DNA of 63,818 nucleotides, counting the filler. It is 8 parts of 8 records of this genome, joined end to end, with 100 filler letters (N's around TTAATTAATTAA, not from the genome) between each part and the next. Parts side by side here need not be neighbours in the genome. Positions count along the whole stretch, not along the records: positions 5,514 to 19,403 come from SRR31147125_14557; 7 more parts are not named here. One strand, given 5' to 3'. The notes below the pieces were generated by a model. The model was given only the letters and a program-made list of their open reading frames with translations. It did not search any database and was not told the origin of the DNA. Both the position numbers and the translations under genes were made by a program. Positions 9,772 through 19,503 of this stretch are shown here, one piece after another; positions within the stretch are counted from its first letter, which is position 1; every line of letters starts with the position of its first letter.

Positions 9772-10410
9772 TTATAGTTCATCATGCGAATAGATACCTT
9801 CTGTCCGTAATGATTTTTCTAACACTTCCATTTCTACCTTTAAATCCAAATAATCATTATCCAAAAGCTTTTGCTTTTGCTTTTTAAAGTACTCATGTAA
9901 CAGTTTAATTGTACGCTTTGCTTTTTTAAATGCATCCATTTCATTCTCTGATAAAACATCTAGTTTTTCAAACTGTAAATATTGCGAAACTATAGTAAGT
10001 GAACTTTCAAGATAATACGAAAAAAACTTTTTACATGTTCTGTAATCTGCAGGATTCGCCTTTAAATTATCTACAATCCACCTTGTAATATTCGCCATAT
10101 CCTTTACGTGATCACTAAAAACTCTATCTTCAATTTTATATGCATATCTTTTAAGCGTCGAAATTTTAATATTCTTATCCTTAACAAAACTATTAAAGTC
10201 CTTATTTGTAAGGTTCGATTCGTTTATAGTATTTTGCTTCTTTCTACCCTTGAAAACAAATATCAAAACAATTAAAGCAATGATTCCTGCAATTACACCA
10301 AAACCTATTAATAAAAACTTCATAATACCCGTTTTGATTAATATAACAATAATTGCAATAAATATAAGAAAACCAAAACATCCGCCCTTAAGAAACGATT
10401 GATCGTTCAT
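9772..10410 (-). CDS. XpaC-like 5-bromo-4-chloroindolyl phosphate hydrolysis family membrane protein
   Basis: Two N-terminal TM helices; NPADYRTCKKFFSYYLES and KLLDNDYLDLKVEMEVL. Confidence 0.8.
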   Translation of the reverse strand: MNDQSFLKGGCFGFLIFIAIIVILIKTGIMKFLLIGFGVIAGIIALIVLIFVFKGRKKQNTINESNLTNKDFNSFVKDKNIKISTLKRYAYKIEDRVFSDHVKDMANITRWIVDNLKANPADYRTCKKFFSYYLESSLTIVSQYLQFEKLDVLSENEMDAFKKAKRTIKLLHEYFKKQKQKLLDNDYLDLKVEMEVLEKSLRTEGIYSHDEL

Positions 10411-10587
10411 TTTTTCCTCCTATTTCTTTGTACTATTTATTATACCATATCTAGCAAAACATAATAGTCTTGATATAAAATAAAAGATAATCTATATATC
10501 TTTTCTAACAAGTTGCTAACTTTATATTGATACATGCAGTATAATTTTATATAATGGAATACATGATTTATCCAAGAGAGATTATAT

Positions 10588-11130
10588 ATGAATAGTATTA
10601 AAGCAAAAATAAGCAAATTATTCGACGACAATAAAGTATACATAGGTCTTGCCGTGCGTACTGGTATTGCTGTTGCTTTGTGTATTATAGCTACAAAGGG
10701 ATTATCGCTAGAATCCCCTTTTTATGCTTCTCTTGCTGCCTTTATCACTATGGAAATAGACCACAAAGAATCCTTCTACAAGGGGCTTTTAAGGCTTATT
10801 GGTACAGTTTTAGGTGCTACAGTTGCTATCACTATGATAAAGCTTGGATTCGTCAATCATTATGCTGTAGGAATAGGCATAGCAATCATCATCTATCTTT
10901 CTCACTTCCTTTCAGCAAAACCGTTAAAAAACGTCGCTTGTATTGTATTTGTTGCAATAATGTATAATATAAGACCAGAAGTGTCTCCAATGGAGTATAC
11001 ATTGATTAGATTCATTGATACTTTTATTGGTGTCATAATCGCGACTTCCATCGCATATATCTCTAGGATTCCAATTAAGCCTATATTTGATAAATTAAAA
11101 ACTTCAAATCACAATAAAACAAGTCATTAA
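10588..11130 (+). CDS. FUSC / aromatic acid exporter family membrane protein
   Basis: RTGIAVALC, SPFYA, RLIGTVLGA and RFIDTFIG motifs. Confidence 0.85.
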   Translation: MNSIKAKISKLFDDNKVYIGLAVRTGIAVALCIIATKGLSLESPFYASLAAFITMEIDHKESFYKGLLRLIGTVLGATVAITMIKLGFVNHYAVGIGIAIIIYLSHFLSAKPLKNVACIVFVAIMYNIRPEVSPMEYTLIRFIDTFIGVIIATSIAYISRIPIKPIFDKLKTSNHNKTSH

Positions 11131-11194
11131 TCTATTGCGTGTTTTCGTCACTCTTAACAATGTTTTTTGTTTCATACCTTAAAAATAAACTTAA

Positions 11195-11228
11195 AAAAGG
11201 CAAACTGAAAGATCAGATTGCCTCTTTT
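11195..11228. terminator. Probable bidirectional terminator
   Basis: AAAAGGCAAACTGA-aaga-TCAGATTGCCTCTTTT between convergent genes. Confidence 0.6.
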
Positions 11229-11332
11229 GTTATAAGGGAGTTTAGTTGTAATTATACTCTAACATCTACCACCTCCGTTTCTTAGACATTTTCGTCTTTA
11301 CCACATATATCTAACCTTAATGGTTAATCTGG

Positions 11333-11803
11333 TTACTCTGGTTTTTCTGGTCTTTCACCATTCGGCGGCATTTCTGGTCTTTCGCCATCCGCTGGCATTT
11401 CTGGTCTTTCGCCGTCCTCTGGCATTTCTGGTCTTTCACCATCTTCCGGCATTTCTGGCAAGCTTTCTTCAATACCCTCAGAAATAGCATCCGCTTGGTC
11501 TTGAGTGATGATACCTTCTTCTACAGCACCTTCAAACATATCCGGTCTTTCTTCCCCATCGCCCAGTTGCTTGTCATCTTCTGGCTCTTCTGGCTTGTTT
11601 TCTTCAAGATATTCAATAAGTGCATCAGCTTCTTCTTGTGTAATTGTACCTGCACTTACTTGTTCTTCGAGCACAGTCTCAAATTGCTCTGCTATACCCT
11701 CTTGTTTTTGTATTGCGCTATCAGTATCATCTGCAAACGCTGTTATAGTAAACATTAAAGATAATACAATCGCCATTGTTAAAATTCTTTTTAAGTTTTT
11801 CAT
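11333..11803 (-). CDS. Secreted acidic protein with 'GxITQEEAD' motifs and a C-terminal EMPEDGERP repeat
   Basis: Signal peptide (…TAFA|DD), two GxITQx(E/Q)AD motifs and an AGGAG SD. Confidence 0.8.
   Translation of the reverse strand: MKNLKRILTMAIVLSLMFTITAFADDTDSAIQKQEGIAEQFETVLEEQVSAGTITQEEADALIEYLEENKPEEPEDDKQLGDGEERPDMFEGAVEEGIITQDQADAISEGIEESLPEMPEDGERPEMPEDGERPEMPADGERPEMPPNGERPEKPE
11344..11459 (-). repeat. 27-bp tandem repeat, about 4 copies, coding PEMP(E/A/P)(D/N)GER
   Basis: GGCATTTCTGG recurs on the + strand with a 27-nt period. Confidence 0.9.
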
Positions 11804-11926
11804 GTTTTAATCTCCTTTTTTATATTAATTAGGCTTACTCTTATACACATAATAGCGCTCTCATGCCTTTATAAAGTCCACCTAAAAAATTAAAACTAAA
11901 ATTAACTTGTTTCTTATTACAGGTGT

Positions 11927-11959
11927 AATTTAACATTTGAAGCTTAAAGAATCCTTAAA
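11927..11959 (-). promoter_or_regulatory. OmpR-family (CiaR-box-like) direct-repeat promoter
   Basis: The minus strand reads TTTAAG-GATTC-TTTAAG, then 10 nt, then TAAATT preceded by TGn. Confidence 0.55.
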
Positions 11960-11975
11960 ATAATATTAAGGAATT

Positions 11976-12016
11976 AAAAACACTGTAATTCGCTATAGAT
12001 CAGCAAATTACAGTGT
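11976..12016 (-). terminator. Intrinsic terminator of the RND operon
   Basis: Stem ACACTGTAATT(c)GCT / AGC(a)AATTACAGTGT with an adjacent A-tract, which is a U-tract on the minus strand. Confidence 0.75.
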
Positions 12017-12050
12017 CAGTTTTTAAATAAATTCTAAATACGTATCCCTA

Positions 12051-15000
12051 TTATTCTTTTTCAATAATACTATTCATTTTTTGTTTCTCTTTTAATCTTT
12101 CTAGCTTTCTGTCCTGCCTTTTCTTTCTAAACTCAATCCATCTTTGTCTAAGGCTTCTTTTCTCTGAATCTTTACTTTCTAATTCTAGCTGAACAATCTC
12201 TTTGCTTTCCCTCTCTTCGCGGTGCTTTTTCTCTGCATGTTTCTTTCTTCTCTCTTTTCTTTCTCTTTTCTTATGCCTCTTACTCATAATCATAAGATAA
12301 AAAGTCGGCATCAAAATCAAAATTAGAACTGTCGATGCTAAAAGACCACCAATAATTATTATCCCCATGCTTTTAAGATCCTCCGCACCAATCCCAATGC
12401 TCAAAGGAACCATAGATAGTACTGTTGTCATTGTTGTCATAAGTATTGGTCTTAAACGAATAGATCCACTTTCTACTACTGCTTGCTCAATAGGCATATC
12501 TTTTACCATCTGATTAGCTGTATCTACAAACAAGATACCATTGTTAACAACAATACCAACAAGCATCAAAACACCCATCATACCGATTGTAGAAAGCTCT
12601 TCTCCAGATATAAACATTAATCCAAAGGAACCTACCAAGCTAAATACTACGCTTAGCATAACCATAAGCGATAACTTTGGTGATTCAAACTGAATACCCA
12701 TAACTAAAAACACTAAAAATATAGCTGTCAGTATTGCTTGATAAAGCTTTGGCATCTCGGTACTCATCATCTGATCCGTAAAACTCTGTCCAAGGCTTAC
12801 GCTCTTATACAAAACCGAAGTTTCCATATGTTCATCTATTTGTTCGCGAACCTCTTTTTTTGCTTTTTTACTAACCCATATGCTTACAGTCTCAGAAAAC
12901 CTACCCTCACTTTTGTTAATGACTTGTTTTTCATCAGTATACTTAAGCTCCGCTATTTCACTTAGCGGAACCATACCGCTACTTGTGGGTATTTCCATCT
13001 GCATTATTGCATTAAAATCACTAAATGTATCTTTTTCATACTCCAGCATAACTGAAATCTCACTGGTCGCATCTTCAAAGGTCAAAACCTCTTCTTGGTT
13101 ATTTAAACCACGAACCATACCAGCAACAACGACTGGCGAAACTCCATAATTGGCTGCCTTTGTTGTGTCCACTTCAATCTCAGCCCTTGTCCTTGTGTCT
13201 TCACTAGCGAAGCTAAACTTTGAAACCGAATCTAATCCAGTAGAAAAGCTTTTCATATCCTCAATTGCCAACATCAAATCGTCATAATTATTTGATTCTA
13301 ATATCAAACTTATCTTCGAATCTGATGCGCTTTCAAAAGGAGAATCTGACCCAGCATCTGCCTCAACACTCATTCCAATCATCGATGAATATTTTTTATT
13401 TGCTCTTTCAGCAAATTCTTCAACAGTTATTTTTGCGTTTTCATAAAGATACACACTCACCGTAGCCCCATCGCTTGTGATCGTTACACTGTAGTTTTCA
13501 ACTTCACTATCAGTTGCAATGTCGTTCTCAATTTCCTTTATCTTTTCATCCATCACCTCAACCTTGGTTCCTGGTCTAAAGTCTGCGTTTATCTTTACAA
13601 CACCAGTCCCAAAACCAGGCATAAATGACATTGGTATTTGAGTAACAAGGAAAAAGGAGCCAATAAGAAGCACAACAGCAGTACCAATAACTAAAAGTTT
13701 TTTATTTAGCAACTTTGGAATATATTTTCTATATTCTCCAGAAAGCCAGTTTAAAGCTCTTGTCATTGGAGCTCTTTCTTTTTCTATAGGCATAAACTCA
13801 TAAAAACAAAGAGGAATAAGTACAATAGCTACAAGCAAAGATGAACTCATCGCTAGCATAATCGTATAACCCAAATGCTTAAACATTTGTCCCATAAATC
13901 CATCAATTATTGAGATAGGTAAGTAAACAACTATAGTAGTGATGGTTGAAGCTACAACCGAAAGCCCAACAATTTCAACTCCCCTGATGGCCGCTTCTTT
14001 AAAACTTAATCCGTCTTGCCTAGCATGAAAACAGCTATCAATAACAACAATAGAGTTATCAACCATCATACCTATAGCAATAAGCAACGAAGTTGATGTC
14101 ATTAAGTTCAGCTCAAAGTCGAGAAATCCCATAATAACTATGGTAATAAGCAACGAAACCGGCATTGAGCTTCCTACTATTAAGCTAGCTTTTATATCAC
14201 CAAAGAACAAATAAAGTACAAGCATGGATAAAAATATACCAAGCAACAAAGTTTGCCCTACAGCAAATAGTGAAGATAGTATATCATCGCTATCATCATA
14301 CTCAATTTTCATATTGAAATCTGGATAATCGTTTTCTAATTGTTTTAAAACATCTTTTGCATGTCTTGCAACGGTAACTGGGCTTTCACCTTGGTCAGCA
14401 ATAATATCTAGGCTAACGTTTTCGTTTCCATTATATCTACTTATACTTGTAGGATCTTGCTTATCATAAGAAATTTGTGCAACATCCGTTAATAAAATCT
14501 GCGATCCACTTGAAGTTGATATTTTAACCTTAATAAGCTCTTGAATGTTTTCTATGCTAGATGAAGTGGATAAATTTATTGCTTGTGTTCCTTGGTCTAT
14601 ACTATTAGCTGGAACTGTAAAGTTAATTGCATCAATATCTGCTTTAATACTACTTACAGAAACTCCATACTCATCCATTTTAGTTTTGTCTAGCAACACA
14701 CTTATATAATATTCCGAGCCACCAGATACATTTACTGATGATACATCCGTTAAATTTTCAAGTTCTGGTACAACTTTATCGTTTGCAAAATCCAAAACTC
14801 CACTGCTGTCTTCTCCGTTTATTATTACTTTTAAAATAGCTTCATCTTCCATTGCAGCTTCAATAATAAATGGATCCAGTGCATCATCTGGCAAACTCAG
14901 CTTATCAAGCGCAGCCTTTACATCCATATATATATTGTCTATATCTGTTCCGTATTCAAACTGGTATATAACAACCGACTGACTTTCATTGGAATACGAA

Positions 15001-15242
15001 CTACCAGTCGTATAACCTTCTATAGTCATCCCAACATCTTCTATCGGCGAAGTTATAAGTTCTTCGATAACATCTGGACTTGCTCCATTGTATACTGTAA
15101 CAACACCAAGTATTGGCATATCCATCTCTGGCATATACCCAAGATCAAATCCTAAAATTGTTGTGAAGCCAAATATTACAAGCGCAATAATTAATAACAG
15201 TACTGATACTGGTCTGTTTACGGCAATTCTCGTTAATCTCAT
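12051..15242 (-). CDS. RND efflux permease (AcrB/AcrD/AcrF family)
   Basis: MRLTRIAVNRPV, GMMVDNSIVV, GIVVNNGIL and RLRPILMT motifs; 1063 aa with a charged C-terminal tail. Confidence 0.96.
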   Translation of the reverse strand: MRLTRIAVNRPVSVLLLIIALVIFGFTTILGFDLGYMPEMDMPILGVVTVYNGASPDVIEELITSPIEDVGMTIEGYTTGSSYSNESQSVVIYQFEYGTDIDNIYMDVKAALDKLSLPDDALDPFIIEAAMEDEAILKVIINGEDSSGVLDFANDKVVPELENLTDVSSVNVSGGSEYYISVLLDKTKMDEYGVSVSSIKADIDAINFTVPANSIDQGTQAINLSTSSSIENIQELIKVKISTSSGSQILLTDVAQISYDKQDPTSISRYNGNENVSLDIIADQGESPVTVARHAKDVLKQLENDYPDFNMKIEYDDSDDILSSLFAVGQTLLLGIFLSMLVLYLFFGDIKASLIVGSSMPVSLLITIVIMGFLDFELNLMTSTSLLIAIGMMVDNSIVVIDSCFHARQDGLSFKEAAIRGVEIVGLSVVASTITTIVVYLPISIIDGFMGQMFKHLGYTIMLAMSSSLLVAIVLIPLCFYEFMPIEKERAPMTRALNWLSGEYRKYIPKLLNKKLLVIGTAVVLLIGSFFLVTQIPMSFMPGFGTGVVKINADFRPGTKVEVMDEKIKEIENDIATDSEVENYSVTITSDGATVSVYLYENAKITVEEFAERANKKYSSMIGMSVEADAGSDSPFESASDSKISLILESNNYDDLMLAIEDMKSFSTGLDSVSKFSFASEDTRTRAEIEVDTTKAANYGVSPVVVAGMVRGLNNQEEVLTFEDATSEISVMLEYEKDTFSDFNAIMQMEIPTSSGMVPLSEIAELKYTDEKQVINKSEGRFSETVSIWVSKKAKKEVREQIDEHMETSVLYKSVSLGQSFTDQMMSTEMPKLYQAILTAIFLVFLVMGIQFESPKLSLMVMLSVVFSLVGSFGLMFISGEELSTIGMMGVLMLVGIVVNNGILFVDTANQMVKDMPIEQAVVESGSIRLRPILMTTMTTVLSMVPLSIGIGAEDLKSMGIIIIGGLLASTVLILILMPTFYLMIMSKRHKKRERKERRKKHAEKKHREERESKEIVQLELESKDSEKRSLRQRWIEFRKKRQDRKLERLKEKQKMNSIIEKE

Positions 15243-15259
15243 AGTCTATCTAATCCTCT

Positions 15260-16807
15260 CTACTTCGCAGAAACCAATGAGCCGTTTTCCAAGTTTGGCG
15301 CCCATGAGCAAATAATTTCATCACCATTATCTATACCAGAAGTTATTAATATTTCGTTATCATTAAAACTACCTGTTTCAACATATTTTTTTATCGCAAC
15401 GCCGTTCTCTATAGCAAAAACGTATGCTTTATCACCAGAAAAATATACGCTATCATACGGAATAGCTAACCCGCTATTATCGCGTAATGTTATTGTCTTT
15501 ACATCAACAGATATATCACTTAAAAATGCATCTGTATTCCCCAGTATCTTTGCTTCAATCTTATATAGCCCCTTTTGAGCATTTTTAACAACAGCAATTA
15601 GCGATATCATACCTTTTCTAGTTTCAGAACCAAAATCTATTTCAACTTCCTCATCAAGTTTTAAATTATCTCTAACTTTTTTGCTGACATAAAACTCAAC
15701 TATCATATGTGATTTATCAGAAACCACTATTGAGTATGAACTTTGAGATAACAGTTCATCTTCTGTTACATTGATTGTTTCAACCGTCCCATTTATGGGT
15801 GAAGTAATTGTATAACCCTCCAGTTGCAATTCAGCAGCTTCTATGCCTATTTCCGCCGTACGCAGCTGTTGGTTATATATAGATGCCGTTTCATCGTTCA
15901 TTTTATCGGCGATAACTTTTCTATGGGTAGTTGCATCTTTTTGCTCTTTTATATCTTTTATACTGCTATTTATCTCAGCAATTTGAGCAGTGTTAGATGC
16001 TATTTGTGCACTATCTGCTGCTATCTGAGCATATTCGTCCAAATCTGCCTGAATTGCTGCAAGTCCATATGCAGTTATATCATTTTCACTTATAGGATAG
16101 GTCTCACTCTGCATACTATTCCATATCTGTTGGGCATCCGCATTACTCGTTGCCGAAATAAGCACACCAACTGTATTAGTTGGGTCGTTTAATTTTACAA
16201 TTTCGTATTCATTTGCATATTGAGTTGCTTTGATATATTTTTCTCTTGCCTCATTCTCTCCATCAGTTGTATATTTTGCGCTTAAGGCAGCTTCTCTAGC
16301 TGCAACAGAAGCAGCAAGGTTAGTATTCGCCTTTGTTAAAGCTTTTTTAGTAGATTCTAGGTCTGATACTGAATCATTAAAGCTTCTAATAGTTGTATCA
16401 TAGTTATACTGTTCAAGCTCAACTTTAGCACCAAGCATCTGGTCTTTAGACTTTTTTGTTTGATCATACGAAGATTCGGCTCTATCTAATGAATTCTGCG
16501 CTAGATCATCATTAATCTTAAACAAAACTTGTCCTATAGTAACCTTTTCACCTTCCATAACCAATACCCTCTCAACAACTCCAGAGGCGGTTGGAATAAT
16601 TGCGACTCTATCCTGTGGTACAACCGTTCCAATATAATTGCTTACAATTGTAAGATCTTTTGGTTTAGCAATATAACTTTCAACCTCAATCCTCTGCTCA
16701 ACTTCCTCTTCAGCAGATTTCTTCCATGGTAAAAATCCATCCTCAGATGAACATGCTGAAAGAAATAATGTAATTGTTATCAAAAGTAAAACTAATATTT
16801 TTCTCAT
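15260..16807 (-). CDS. RND periplasmic adaptor / membrane fusion lipoprotein (HlyD family)
   Basis: Lipobox LSAC, lipoyl half-motifs (SGVVERVLVMEGEKV; ITSPINGTV) and a long coiled coil; adjacent to the RND gene. Confidence 0.9.
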   Translation of the reverse strand: MRKILVLLLITITLFLSACSSEDGFLPWKKSAEEEVEQRIEVESYIAKPKDLTIVSNYIGTVVPQDRVAIIPTASGVVERVLVMEGEKVTIGQVLFKINDDLAQNSLDRAESSYDQTKKSKDQMLGAKVELEQYNYDTTIRSFNDSVSDLESTKKALTKANTNLAASVAAREAALSAKYTTDGENEAREKYIKATQYANEYEIVKLNDPTNTVGVLISATSNADAQQIWNSMQSETYPISENDITAYGLAAIQADLDEYAQIAADSAQIASNTAQIAEINSSIKDIKEQKDATTHRKVIADKMNDETASIYNQQLRTAEIGIEAAELQLEGYTITSPINGTVETINVTEDELLSQSSYSIVVSDKSHMIVEFYVSKKVRDNLKLDEEVEIDFGSETRKGMISLIAVVKNAQKGLYKIEAKILGNTDAFLSDISVDVKTITLRDNSGLAIPYDSVYFSGDKAYVFAIENGVAIKKYVETGSFNDNEILITSGIDNGDEIICSWAPNLENGSLVSAK

Positions 16808-16824
16808 TTGCAGCTCCTAATCTG

Positions 16825-18057
16825 TTATTCGGTCAAAAAACAATATCCAACAACATCGTTTAAAGTTAAATAATTGTCAATTTGTCCGTTCGTATATGTG
16901 GTTTTAAATCTATCAATAACAGCACCTTTACCGCCATTGTTATAAGGGCTTATAACAACAAGACTTTCAAGGTCGCCATTTTCATCTTTTACATAGTCTA
17001 CAGCAAGCATTGACGTTACATATTTAAATGTCCCGTCACTATCATAACTGCCCCTGCTTTGTTCTATCTTATATGCATTGTGTCTTGGTATATATCTATA
17101 CCCGCCGCCACCAGCACGGTGATCCAAAACAAAAGAACAATTGTCATCAAATGTCTTGTTATCAAAATAAACCATAACAGGCGAAATATCTTGCTTGTAC
17201 TTATATTGCTTCACTCTTCGCCTAAGCTGATGTTCATCATAACCTAAAAATATTTCATTTACTTTCAAATCATAATATTCTGCAATATTCTCTTTGTTGT
17301 TTATTATCTTATCATAATTTTTAGTCTTAATCATATTATCATCACTTTTACCATGATCATCCACAATCAAAACATCCTCTGTACTAACCGCTCCTGTATA
17401 AATAGATTCAATCATCATCGTAATATTGCATGTAAATCCATCTACAGAAACATTTCCTCTCTCATCTTCCTCTTGCAATCTCCAAACAAATCCACTTACA
17501 TCTACATAGTCTGGCTTTGTAATTTCAAGTTGATATGCAAAAATAGCTGTAATATCGTCTAAAGTATAGCTATTCTCTTTTTCACCGTTTGTATATACCA
17601 TTTCAGCATTGGAAATAACCGCTCCTTTTCCAAACTCAGACGTAATATCATATACAATCAGGCTGACAATCTCGTCATTATTATCCAAGTTATAGTCCGC
17701 AATCAATACATAGTGCTCTCCATTAAGCTCTATAACTGGGTTGGTTATTTTTTGATATGCAAAATTATTAAGCATATCACAAAGTAAGTTCTTATCATCC
17801 GTTTGATTTAACAGTAAATACGTACTGTCATTCCCGCTCGCATGAGCAGATATTTCTAACAAATCATCCTTTAAAACATCTTTATAGTCACTGCTTTTTA
17901 CTTCATAATCTAAAACATAAAAATCCAAATTATCAGATTCATATATTTCAACCTGTTCGGCTGTTGCATATTTTGGATTTATTAAAGCACATATAATAAA
18001 AAGTACTATTATTAGCTTTTTCAAAACCTTCCTCCTATTTATTATCATAGCTTTCAA
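16825..18057 (-). CDS. Hypothetical secreted protein
   Basis: 410-aa ORF with an N-terminal signal/TM segment, sitting between the kinase and adaptor genes. No family recognised. Confidence 0.7.
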   Translation of the reverse strand: MKAMIINRRKVLKKLIIVLFIICALINPKYATAEQVEIYESDNLDFYVLDYEVKSSDYKDVLKDDLLEISAHASGNDSTYLLLNQTDDKNLLCDMLNNFAYQKITNPVIELNGEHYVLIADYNLDNNDEIVSLIVYDITSEFGKGAVISNAEMVYTNGEKENSYTLDDITAIFAYQLEITKPDYVDVSGFVWRLQEEDERGNVSVDGFTCNITMMIESIYTGAVSTEDVLIVDDHGKSDDNMIKTKNYDKIINNKENIAEYYDLKVNEIFLGYDEHQLRRRVKQYKYKQDISPVMVYFDNKTFDDNCSFVLDHRAGGGGYRYIPRHNAYKIEQSRGSYDSDGTFKYVTSMLAVDYVKDENGDLESLVVISPYNNGGKGAVIDRFKTTYTNGQIDNYLTLNDVVGYCFLTE

Positions 18058-18058
18058 A

Positions 18059-19111
18059 TTATAAAGCCATGCTTATTACAACTTCTGTTCCTTGCTCTGG
18101 TTTGCTTGAAACAGCAATTTGTGCATCATACAATTCGCATATCTGCTTTACTATAGAAAGCCCTATACCACTACCATTTGTATGATGCGTTTTATCTCCT
18201 TGATAAAATTGCAAAAACATCTTTTGGCAAACCTCTTCACTCATTCCAATTCCATAGTCCTTGACAGTAAAAATAACTCTGTCATTTTTTCTATATAAAT
18301 TAACATCTATAATGCTGAATTCATATGAAAACTTAATAGCATTATTTATAATGTTGATGATCATCTGTTTAATAAAATCTTCGTTTTTATTCCAATCAAT
18401 CTCTTCAATATCTATATTAAAGTCAATATTTTTCTTCGTCCACATCGGCTCTAACAGCAATATACACTGTCTAACTTGCTCAGAAAGGTTATAATTGTGT
18501 TCATCAATCACAATCTCTTGGTTTTCCAACTTACAAAGCAACAGCATATTCTCAGAAAGCTGAGTCAATCTTTCAGATTCCTCGTATATTATCCTGGTGT
18601 AGTTTTCTCTTTCTTCTTTCGATAATTTCACATCCAACAAAAGTTTAGCGAACCCCTTTATGGATGATATTGGCGTTTTAAACTCATGAGAAAAACTATT
18701 AATAAAATCCTTACGCAATAATTCTGTATTACCAAGCTCTTTTGCCAGTTTATTAAAAGACTCTTCAACAGCATCAAGGTTATAAAAGCTTAGTTTTTGT
18801 TTATGCGAAAGCCTAACATCATATTGACCATCTGCTAATTTTTCCATACCTAATATCAGTTTTCTAAACGTTATAAGCTGCAAGCTTCCAAGAGATATCC
18901 CTACTAATAGTGCGCAAGTCATATAAACAATCAACGGCGAAACAGCTATTATCTTGTTTTTTAACTCAATAGTTCTTTCTTCTTTAAAAATTTCGCTATC
19001 ATGATATTTTGCAATAAGAATAAACTGCGCTGCAAAAAACATAAGTTGAATCAATATCATTATTAATACAAGTATAAGCGGTAGTATCTTTACGCTAGTT
19101 TTATTCTTCAT
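18059..19111 (-). CDS. HAMP sensor histidine kinase (HssS/BaeS-like)
   Basis: H-box FSHEFKTP, N-box NAIKFS, G-boxes DYGIGM and GSGIGL. Confidence 0.95.
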   Translation of the reverse strand: MKNKTSVKILPLILVLIMILIQLMFFAAQFILIAKYHDSEIFKEERTIELKNKIIAVSPLIVYMTCALLVGISLGSLQLITFRKLILGMEKLADGQYDVRLSHKQKLSFYNLDAVEESFNKLAKELGNTELLRKDFINSFSHEFKTPISSIKGFAKLLLDVKLSKEERENYTRIIYEESERLTQLSENMLLLCKLENQEIVIDEHNYNLSEQVRQCILLLEPMWTKKNIDFNIDIEEIDWNKNEDFIKQMIINIINNAIKFSYEFSIIDVNLYRKNDRVIFTVKDYGIGMSEEVCQKMFLQFYQGDKTHHTNGSGIGLSIVKQICELYDAQIAVSSKPEQGTEVVISMAL

Positions 19112-19403
19112 TTTTCACCAACTTATATCCAAGCCCCTTAACAGTAACGATATCAAATTCAGGGAAATTGCCAAATTTTTTTCTAAGCCTATTTATATGC
19201 ACTGTTACAGTATTATCAAAACTATCGTTACAAACTCCCCATATTTCATCCATAAGCTGAACTCTTGTAAAAATCTTATTTGGATAAGACATCAGTTTAA
19301 ACAATAAATAAAACTCCTTTGGAGGAAGCGTAATAACATCATCATCACGAACAACAGTATGAGAATCCGCAACCAAAGTTACTTTTCCAACCTCTATCTT
19401 TTT
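19101..19403 (-). CDS. OmpR-family response regulator, C-terminal winged helix (5' truncated by the contig edge)
   Basis: LPPKEFYLL...FTRVQLMDEIWG...TVTVHINRLR...TVKGLGY. Confidence 0.93.
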   Translation of the reverse strand, partial: KKIEVGKVTLVADSHTVVRDDDVITLPPKEFYLLFKLMSYPNKIFTRVQLMDEIWGVCNDSFDNTVTVHINRLRKKFGNFPEFDIVTVKGLGYKLVKNEE

Positions 19404-19503
19404 NNNNNNNNNNNNNNNNNNNNNNNNNNNNNNNNNNNNNNNNNNNNTTAATTAATTAANNNNNNNNNNNNNNNNNNNNNNNNNNNNNNNNNNNNNNNNN
19501 NNN
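19404..19503. other. Artificial contig spacer
   Basis: N44-TTAATTAATTAA-N44. Confidence 0.99.

Noticed and set aside
11344-11459. CRISPR array
   Set aside because: It is an in-frame 27-nt coding tandem repeat without unique spacers, and there are no cas genes.
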